From Chloroflexota bacterium (GTDB lineage Bacteria > Chloroflexota > Dehalococcoidia > UBA2979): a DNA stretch of 64,000 nucleotides. Below the pieces are notes generated by a model that saw only the letters and a program-made list of their open reading frames with translations, was not told the origin of the DNA and did not search any database. The translations under genes were made by a program, and so were the position numbers. The DNA lies in the NCBI GenBank assembly GCA_045863195.1, contig BTUI01000001.1, positions 395,453 through 459,452 of the forward strand, given 5' to 3'. Positions 56,972-64,000 of the stretch are shown here, piece after piece (position 1 is the stretch's first letter; every line of letters starts with the position of its first letter).

Positions 56972-58162
56972 TCAATTGATCGGGCGGTCGACCTCGGTCG
57001 GCGCGGAGTAGTCGACGCCGGCGACGCCGAAGCCGAAGAGGCGCTGGAAGTCCGCCTTGTAGCCAGCGTAGTCCGTGGTCTCCGCCAGGTTCGCCGTCGT
57101 GATCGTCGGCCAGATCCGCCCGACCGCCTCCTGCACCGCCTCCGACATCTCGAGGTCGTCGAGGCGGATGCGGCGCTCCGCATCCAGCACCGGCGTCTGC
57201 CCGGGGCCAAGGTGGTCGCGGAAGAGCCGGATGATCTGCTCGGTCGTGCCCTCGTGGACGCCCTGCTCCTTCATCACCTTGTAGGCGACGGAGAGGTACA
57301 GCGGCACCGCCGGGATCGCGCTGGAAGCCTGGGTGACCACGCTCTTGTTCACGCTCACCCACGCACCGCCGCCGTTGCCGGCCTGCGCCAGCGTCTCGTT
57401 CAGCTGGATGCCGGTGCGCTCCAGGTGCTCCTTCGCCGCGCCGATGGTGCCGCGCCGGTAGATGGGCGCGGTGACCTCCGGGCCGATGTAGGAGTAGGCC
57501 ACGGTGCGGGCGCCCGGCGCGAGCAGGCCCTCCGCGCGCAGCATCTGCACCCAGTACCGCCAGTCCTCGCCGCCCATCACCTTGATCGTCGCCTCGATCT
57601 CTTCGTCCGTCGCCGGGTCGAGCGAGGTCTCCACGACCTCCTCCGAGCGGAGGTCGAACGCGCGGCCGTGGTACGGCGCACCGATCGGCTTGAGCGTGGA
57701 GGTCCAGACGGTACCGTCCGGCTCGCGGCGGCGAGGCGCGGCCAGCGAGTAGATCAGGAGGTCGACCGGGCCGAGGCGTCGAAGCGCCTCGACGACCTCC
57801 GCCTTTGCCTCGTCGGAGAAGGCGTCGCCGTTGATCGTCTCGTAGGTGAGCCCCTCGGCGGCGGCGAGGCGGTGCGCCTCCGCGACGTTGTACCAGCCGG
57901 CCGTGCCGGTCTTGTCGCCGGACGGCTCCTTCTCGAAGCAGACGCCCAGCGTCTTCGCGCCGTAGCCAAAGGCGGCGACGAGCGCGCTCGAGAGGCCGTA
58001 GCCGGTGCTGGAGCCGACGACGAGCGCGGTCCCGATGCTGCCGGTGAGGCCGGCGGCGCGGATCGCGGCGACCTGCTCGCGGACGTTCGCGGCGCAGCCG
58101 TCCGGGTGGGCGGTGAGGGAGATGAAGCCGCGGATCCGCGGCTGGACGACCTGCAGGGACAT
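56972..58162 (-). CDS. fabV: Trans-2-enoyl-CoA/ACP reductase (NADH), FabV family
   Basis: 396 aa. FabV N-terminal motif (RGFISLTAHPDGC). Rossmann motif GSSTGYGLS. Catalytic Tyr/Lys region. Confidence 0.85.
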   Translation of the reverse strand: MSLQVVQPRIRGFISLTAHPDGCAANVREQVAAIRAAGLTGSIGTALVVGSSTGYGLSSALVAAFGYGAKTLGVCFEKEPSGDKTGTAGWYNVAEAHRLAAAEGLTYETINGDAFSDEAKAEVVEALRRLGPVDLLIYSLAAPRRREPDGTVWTSTLKPIGAPYHGRAFDLRSEEVVETSLDPATDEEIEATIKVMGGEDWRYWVQMLRAEGLLAPGARTVAYSYIGPEVTAPIYRRGTIGAAKEHLERTGIQLNETLAQAGNGGGAWVSVNKSVVTQASSAIPAVPLYLSVAYKVMKEQGVHEGTTEQIIRLFRDHLGPGQTPVLDAERRIRLDDLEMSEAVQEAVGRIWPTITTANLAETTDYAGYKADFQRLFGFGVAGVDYSAPTEVDRPIN

Positions 58163-58187
58163 GCGACCCTCCCGGGGAGCCGCCCGG

Positions 58188-60005
58188 CTAGTCGTGCATC
58201 TTCAGGACGGCCATGAACGCCTCCTGCGGTACCTCGACCTGGCCGAGCATCTTCATGCGCTTCTTGCCGGCCTTCTGCTTCTCCAGCAACTTCCGCTTGC
58301 GCGTGATGTCGCCGCCGTAGCACTTCGCCAGCACGTTCTTCCGCATCGCCTTCACGGTTTCGCGGGCGACGATCTTCCCGCCGATGGTGGCCTGCACCGG
58401 CACATCGAACAACTGCCGGGGGATCAGGTCCTTCAGCGCCGCGACGAGCTTCCGGCCCTGTTGCGGCGCCTGCTCCGTGGGCACGATCACCGAGAGCGCG
58501 TCCACCGGGTCGCCGTTCACGAGGATGTCCAGGCGCGACACGCGCGCCGCGCGGTACCCGATCAACTGGTAGTCCATCGCCGCGTAGCCGGAGGTGCGCG
58601 ACTTCAACTGGTCGTAGAACTCCACGAGGATCTCGGCGAGCGGCACCTCGAACGTCATCAACACGCGCGAGTCGCCCTCGTCCTCAGAGTGGTCGAGGTA
58701 CTCGGTGCGCTGGAAGAGGCCGCGGCGCTCCGAGACGAGGCGCATGATCTGGCCGATGAAGCGCGCCGGCACGGTGATGGAGACGCCCACCCACGGCTCG
58801 CGGATCTCCGCGATCTCGTTGGAGGTCGGCAGGTCCGCCGGGGAGTCGATCACCTCCTCGCGGCCGTTCGTGCGGGTGATCTCGTACTGCACGGACGGCG
58901 CGGTGGCGATGAGATCCAGGTCGAACTCGCGCTCCAGGCGCTCCTGCACGATCTCCATGTGGAGCAGCCCGAGGAAACCGCAGCGGAACCCGAAGCCCAG
59001 CGCCACGCTGGTCTCCGGCTCCCACTGGAGCGCGGCATCGTTCAGCGTGAGGCGCTCGAGCGCCTCGCGCAGGCCCGTGTAGTCGTCCGGGTCGGTCGGG
59101 TAGATGCCGGCGAACACCATCGCCTTCGCCGGCTGGTACCCGCCGACGGCCTCGGTCGCCGGATGCATGTCCGTCGTGACCGTGTCACCGACGCGGCTCT
59201 CCGACACGCCCTTCAGGCCGGTCGCGATGTAGCCGACCTCGCCGGCCTCCAGGATGTCGGTGCGCGTGGGCGCGGGATGGAAGTAGCCGATCTCCACCGG
59301 CTCGAAGCGCGCGTTGCTCTGCATCATCCGCAACCGCTGGCGGCCGTCCACGCGGCCTTCCACGACGCGGACGTAGGCGACGACGCCCTTGAAGGCGTCG
59401 TACTTCGCGTCGAACACCATCGCCCGCAGGGGGGCGTCCTGGGAGCCGGTCGGCGGGGGCACGCGCTCGACGACGGCCTGGAGCATCTCCTTCACGCCGA
59501 TGCCGCTCTTGCCGGAGCCGAACAGCACCTCATCCGCGTCGAACCCGATGATGTCGACGAGTTCCTTCGCGACGCGCTCGGGCTCCGCGGAGGGCAGGTC
59601 GACCTTGTTGACGACGGGGATGAGGCGCAGGTTCTGGTTCATCGCCATGTAGACGTTGGCGAGCGTCTGCGCCTGGATGCCCTGGGTGGCGTCCACCACG
59701 AGGATCGCGCCCTCGCACGCTGCGAGGGCACGGGAGACCTCGTACGCGAAGTCCACGTGGCCGGGGGTGTCGATCAGGTTGAGCTGGTAGCGCTCGCCGT
59801 CCGCGGCGGTGAAGTCCATCCGCACGGCCTGCGCCTTGATCGTGATCCCCTTCTCGCGCTCCAGGTCCATGGAGTCGAGCATCTGCTCGCGCATGTCGCG
59901 CGGGTCGACGGCGCCGGTGACCTCCAGCATGCGGTCGGCCAGCGTCGACTTGCCGTGGTCGATGTGGGCAATGATGCAGAAGTTCCGGATGCGTGAGGGT
60001 TCCAC
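58188..60005 (-). CDS. lepA: Translation elongation factor 4 (LepA)
   Basis: 605 aa. GTPase motifs ([18 protein letters not shown]). LepA-specific C-terminal domain. Confidence 0.9.
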   Translation of the reverse strand: MEPSRIRNFCIIAHIDHGKSTLADRMLEVTGAVDPRDMREQMLDSMDLEREKGITIKAQAVRMDFTAADGERYQLNLIDTPGHVDFAYEVSRALAACEGAILVVDATQGIQAQTLANVYMAMNQNLRLIPVVNKVDLPSAEPERVAKELVDIIGFDADEVLFGSGKSGIGVKEMLQAVVERVPPPTGSQDAPLRAMVFDAKYDAFKGVVAYVRVVEGRVDGRQRLRMMQSNARFEPVEIGYFHPAPTRTDILEAGEVGYIATGLKGVSESRVGDTVTTDMHPATEAVGGYQPAKAMVFAGIYPTDPDDYTGLREALERLTLNDAALQWEPETSVALGFGFRCGFLGLLHMEIVQERLEREFDLDLIATAPSVQYEITRTNGREEVIDSPADLPTSNEIAEIREPWVGVSITVPARFIGQIMRLVSERRGLFQRTEYLDHSEDEGDSRVLMTFEVPLAEILVEFYDQLKSRTSGYAAMDYQLIGYRAARVSRLDILVNGDPVDALSVIVPTEQAPQQGRKLVAALKDLIPRQLFDVPVQATIGGKIVARETVKAMRKNVLAKCYGGDITRKRKLLEKQKAGKKRMKMLGQVEVPQEAFMAVLKMHD

Positions 60006-60100
60006 CGCATCATCCTAACGGGCGGCGAGGCTAGGCGCGCCGACATGAGACAGGCCCGCCTTGCGGCGGGCCTGTCAGTCGATCGGTGAGTCCGGACGGA

Positions 60101-61126
60101 CTAGACGCGGTGGCAGGCCACGTAGTGGCCGGGCGCGGCCTCACGCCACTCCGGCACGCGCTCGCGGCACTCGTCCACCGCGATGGGGCAGCGCGTGTTG
60201 AACACGCAGCCCGGGGGCGGGCGGAGCGGGGACGGCACGTCACCGGTCAGGATGATGCGTTCGCGCTTGCGCTCCAGCTCCGGGTCCGTGATCGGCACGG
60301 CGGAGAGGAGGGCCTTCGTGTACGGGTGCAGCGGGTTCTGGTAGAGCTCGTTGGACTCCGCCAGCTCCATCATCTTGCCCAGGTACATCACCGCCACGCG
60401 GTCGGAAATGTGCCGGACAACCGCGAGGTCGTGGGCGATGAAGAGGTAGGTGAGGCCGAACTGCTCCTGGAGGTCCTCCAGCAGGTTGATGACCTGGGCC
60501 TGGATGGACACGTCCAGCGCGGAGACCGGCTCGTCACAGACCAGGAACTCCGGCTCCGCCGCGAGCGCACGGCCGATGCCGATGCGCTGGCGCTGGCCGC
60601 CGGAGAACTCGTGCGGGTAGCGGCGGGCGAAGGCGGGGTTCAGGCCGACCGCCTGCAGGATGTACTGCACGCGCTCCTTGCGCTCCGCACCCTTGTACAG
60701 GCCGTGGATCGCCAGCGGCTCGCCCACGATCTGTTCCACGCTCATGCGCGGGTTCAGCGAGGAGAACGGGTCCTGGAAGATCATCTGCATCCGGCGCCGG
60801 AACCGGCGCAGGTCGTTCGGCTTGAGCTCGGTCAGCTCGGTGCCGCCGAAGTTTACGGAACCGCCGGTCGGCTTGTAGAGCTGCAGCACCGCGCGGCCGG
60901 TCGTGGACTTGCCACAGCCGGACTCGCCCACCAGGCCGAGCGTCTCGCCCTTCGTCACGAAGAAGCTGAGGTCGTCCACGGCGCGGACGTCCGCGACCTT
61001 CTTCTGGATGAACGTCCCGGCGGTCACCGGGAAGTACATCTTCAGGTTCTGGACGTTCACCAGCGTCTCACCGTGCTTGACGGTGCTCTCGTAAATGTTC
61101 TTGGACTGCGTCTGCATCGTCGCCAT
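60101..61126 (-). CDS. Oligopeptide/dipeptide ABC transporter ATP-binding protein (OppF/DppF-type)
   Basis: 341 aa. Walker A (GESGCGKST). Signature ([10 protein letters not shown]). Walker B (VCDEP). C-terminal oligopeptide-ABC extension with Cys cluster. Confidence 0.85.
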   Translation of the reverse strand: MATMQTQSKNIYESTVKHGETLVNVQNLKMYFPVTAGTFIQKKVADVRAVDDLSFFVTKGETLGLVGESGCGKSTTGRAVLQLYKPTGGSVNFGGTELTELKPNDLRRFRRRMQMIFQDPFSSLNPRMSVEQIVGEPLAIHGLYKGAERKERVQYILQAVGLNPAFARRYPHEFSGGQRQRIGIGRALAAEPEFLVCDEPVSALDVSIQAQVINLLEDLQEQFGLTYLFIAHDLAVVRHISDRVAVMYLGKMMELAESNELYQNPLHPYTKALLSAVPITDPELERKRERIILTGDVPSPLRPPPGCVFNTRCPIAVDECRERVPEWREAAPGHYVACHRV

Positions 61127-61147
61127 TGAGGTCGCCCTTCCTGCGGA

Positions 61148-62164
<1,017 letters not shown>

Positions 62165-62239
62165 GGATGACCTCCGCGCTTCTGCGCGACCCCTCTCGGC
62201 TCCGTGGTTTCCGCGCCCAACCGGTCAAGGTCAGGCTTC

Positions 62240-62324
62240 TGGTGGGGAAGAGGAGACTCGAACTCCTACGCCTTGCGGCACGTGATCCTAAGTCACGCTC
62301 GTCTGCCAGTTCCGACACTTCCCC
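62240..62324 (-). tRNA. tRNA-Leu (anticodon UAG), type II with long variable arm, CCA encoded
   Basis: Minus-strand sequence GGGGAAGUGUCGGAACUGGCAGACGAGCGUGACUUAGGAUCACGUGCCGCAAGGCGUAGGAGUUCGAGUCUCCUCUUCCCCACCA. Cloverleaf folds by hand. Anticodon loop CUUAGGA. Confidence 0.85.
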
Positions 62325-62385
62325 GTCGTCGTCGCTGGCATCGGCCTGACCGCGTTACCCCGCGCGGCCGGGCCAGTGAGTGTGA

Positions 62386-62460
62386 TGGTGAGCCCCGAGG
62401 GATTCGAACCCTCAACCGGCTGATTAAGAGTCAGCTGCTCTGCCATTGAGCTAGAGGCCC
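62386..62460 (-). tRNA. tRNA-Lys (anticodon CUU), CCA encoded
   Basis: Minus-strand sequence GGGCCUCUAGCUCAAUGGCAGAGCAGCUGACUCUUAAUCAGCCGGUUGAGGGUUCGAAUCCCUCGGGGCUCACCA. Anticodon loop CUCUUAA. Confidence 0.85.
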
Positions 62461-62625
62461 GGCAGGAAACTACCAATGGCCCGGAGCGGGTGTCAACGAA
62501 CACCGCGCCCAAACCCCTGGTCCGACCTGCCGGGTGACCGTCCTCTCGTGCTCAACGGCTCGCCGTTGACCCTGTCGGGGCGGTACCATAGCGTCATTGA
62601 GCGCTCTTGTGTGGGCGTTGCCTCC

Positions 62626-62702
62626 GGGCGGTTAGCTCAGTTGGTTAGAGCGCAGCGTTGACATCGCTGAGGTCACTGGTTCGAATCCAGTACCGCCCAC
62701 CA
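62626..62702 (+). tRNA. tRNA-Val (anticodon GAC), CCA encoded
   Basis: GGGCGGUUAGCUCAGUUGGUUAGAGCGCAGCGUUGACAUCGCUGAGGUCACUGGUUCGAAUCCAGUACCGCCCACCA. Anticodon loop UUGACAU. Confidence 0.85.
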
Positions 62703-62819
62703 CACCTCCTCCTCCCGTCCCTGCCCGCCCGCCACCGCCGGTAACGTCTACCGGCCGGGCGCGTTATCATCCCCGGACGCACAGCCGCGCAGCGATGCGC
62801 GGGATGACGAGCGCTGATG

Positions 62820-63064
62820 GGGACACGTCCCCGCGGTGCGCCTCCCCCAGAGAACGGGACCCGCCCCCGGGCGGTGCTGCAAGTCCCGCGGGCGGCGTCG
62901 CGGCGATACCACCCCGGAGCCCGCGGGCGAACCCGCGGCGCCTTGCCCCCGTTAGCGGGCCACAACGAGCCCTGGTGCCGCCGTGCGCCCGGGGAACGTC
63001 GGGTGGAACCACGCGAGCGCGCCTCACGTCCCGTCAGGACATGAGGCGCGCTTGTTGTTTGTGT
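62820..63064 (+). promoter_or_regulatory. T-box riboswitch leader (Thr specifier) controlling thrS
   Basis: AGAGA K-turn/GA motif at 62849-53. Candidate specifier AUACCA (ACC Thr codon + A) at about 62906-11. T-box sequence GGGUGGAACCACGCG at 63001-15, with a UGGA bulge to pair the tRNA NCCA end. It overlaps the 5' arm of a terminator hairpin. Aminoacyl-tRNA synthetase gene immediately downstream. Confidence 0.55.
63017..63064 (+). terminator. Intrinsic terminator of the T-box leader (GCGCGCCUCA-loop-UGAGGCGCGC followed by UUGUUGUUUGUGU)
   Basis: 10-bp GC-rich stem plus U-rich tract, seen directly. Located 36 nt upstream of the thrS ATG, with AGGAGG RBS at 63086-91. Confidence 0.55.
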
Positions 63065-63100
63065 GCCGGCGCCACCACGCCGGCCAGGAGGTCAGACGCG

Positions 63101-64000
63101 ATGAGCGATGGACACGACGCCCCGTTCGCCGGACTGCCGCCGGAGGAGCGCCTGTTCCGCATGCGCCACTCCGCGGCACACGTGCTCGCGGAGGCGGTGC
63201 TGGAGATGTTCCCGGAGGCGAAGTACGCCATTGGCCCCCCGGTGGACAACGGCTTCTACTACGACTTCGACCTCCCCCGTCCGCTCACCCCGGACGACCT
63301 GGTCGCGCTGGAGGCGCGCATGCGCGTCACCGTGCAGCGCGACCTGCCGATCACGGGCGAGCAGATCCCGAAGGACCGCGCCCGCGCGATCTTTGCGGAC
63401 CAGCCGTACAAACTCGAACTGATCGAGGGCATCGAGGACGCCACGGTCGGGCACTTCCGCCACGGCGAGTTCCAGGACCTCTGTCGCGGCGGCCATACCG
63501 AGACGACCGGCCAGATCGGCGCGTTCATCCTCGACCGTGTCGCCGGCGCCTACTGGCGGGGCGACGAGAAGAACCCAATGCTCCAGCGCGTGTACGGCCT
63601 GCTCTTTGCGACGCAGGCCGAACTGGACGCCTACCTGGAGCAGCGCGCGGAGGCGGAGAAGCGCGACCACCGACGGCTCGGCCGCGAGCTGGACCTCTTC
63701 CACATCGACCCGATCGCGCCGGGCTCGCCGTTCTGGCACCCGAAGGGCGCGGTCCTCTACAACGGCCTCGTCGACTACATGCGCGACCTGTACGAGGAGT
63801 ACGGCTACCAGGAGGTGATCACGCCGCAGATCTTCGGCGTGGACCTCTGGAAGACCTCCGGGCACTACCAGAACTTCTCGGACGACATGTTCCTGTTCCA
63901 CTCCGCGGACGAGGAACTGGGCGTGAAGCCGATGAACTGCCCCGGCCACTGTCACTACTTCGCCGGGGGACACCACTCCTACCGCGAGTTGCCGCTGCGC
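63101..64000 (+). CDS. thrS: Threonine--tRNA ligase (ThrRS), 5' part; runs off the window end; lacks the N-terminal TGS domain
   Basis: Not in the ORF track (no stop within the window). Manual translation from ATG 63101: MSDGHDAPFAGLPPEERLFRMRHSAAHVLAEAV... (tRNA_SAD HxxxH motif), ...DEKNPMLQRVYG..., RDHRRLGRELDLFH, KPMNCPGH (class II motif 2 region). Strong AGGAGG RBS. Confidence 0.85.
   Translation, partial: MSDGHDAPFAGLPPEERLFRMRHSAAHVLAEAVLEMFPEAKYAIGPPVDNGFYYDFDLPRPLTPDDLVALEARMRVTVQRDLPITGEQIPKDRARAIFADQPYKLELIEGIEDATVGHFRHGEFQDLCRGGHTETTGQIGAFILDRVAGAYWRGDEKNPMLQRVYGLLFATQAELDAYLEQRAEAEKRDHRRLGRELDLFHIDPIAPGSPFWHPKGAVLYNGLVDYMRDLYEEYGYQEVITPQIFGVDLWKTSGHYQNFSDDMFLFHSADEELGVKPMNCPGHCHYFAGGHHSYRELPLR

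Overview
This is a 64-kb, very GC-rich (about 70-72%) and densely coding stretch of bacterial chromosome. The co-occurrence of a DUF2298 (Chlor_Arch_YYY-type) protein next to a TIGR03663-type membrane glycosyltransferase suggests a Chloroflexi/Thermomicrobia-like organism; this is inference from gene content. Housekeeping content includes mutL and mutS, ftsY, smc, rnc, a CCA-adding enzyme, dinG, ispE, rsmA, fabV, lepA, two Opp/Dpp-type ABC ATPases, three tRNAs, and a partial thrS behind a T-box leader. Among these sit several accessory modules. The most interesting is an ER/archaeal-type (SipW-like) signal peptidase with an unusual ~350-aa C-terminal extension, flanked by two secreted proteins that share an LTA[AS]NTV segment at their signal peptides; one of them is an RTX calcium-binding repeat protein. 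Second is a translationally coupled membrane cluster (DUF2298, TIGR03663 GT-C-like, UPF0104 flippase-like, FAD oxidoreductase) that runs into an orphan NuoE/NuoF-like diaphorase pair. Third, mutS appears to start at a CTG codon. Other notable items are a candidate yybP-ykoY Mn2+ riboswitch before a GDT1/UPF0016 transporter, a vapBC toxin-antitoxin pair, a tandem-fused double CoA-transferase, a degenerate pterin-binding-domain protein, and an unexplained 366-nt structured intergenic region upstream of rsmA. No CRISPR arrays, transposases or integrases were seen. Because of the GC content, many long ORFs in the six-frame track are antisense or off-frame artefacts and were discarded.
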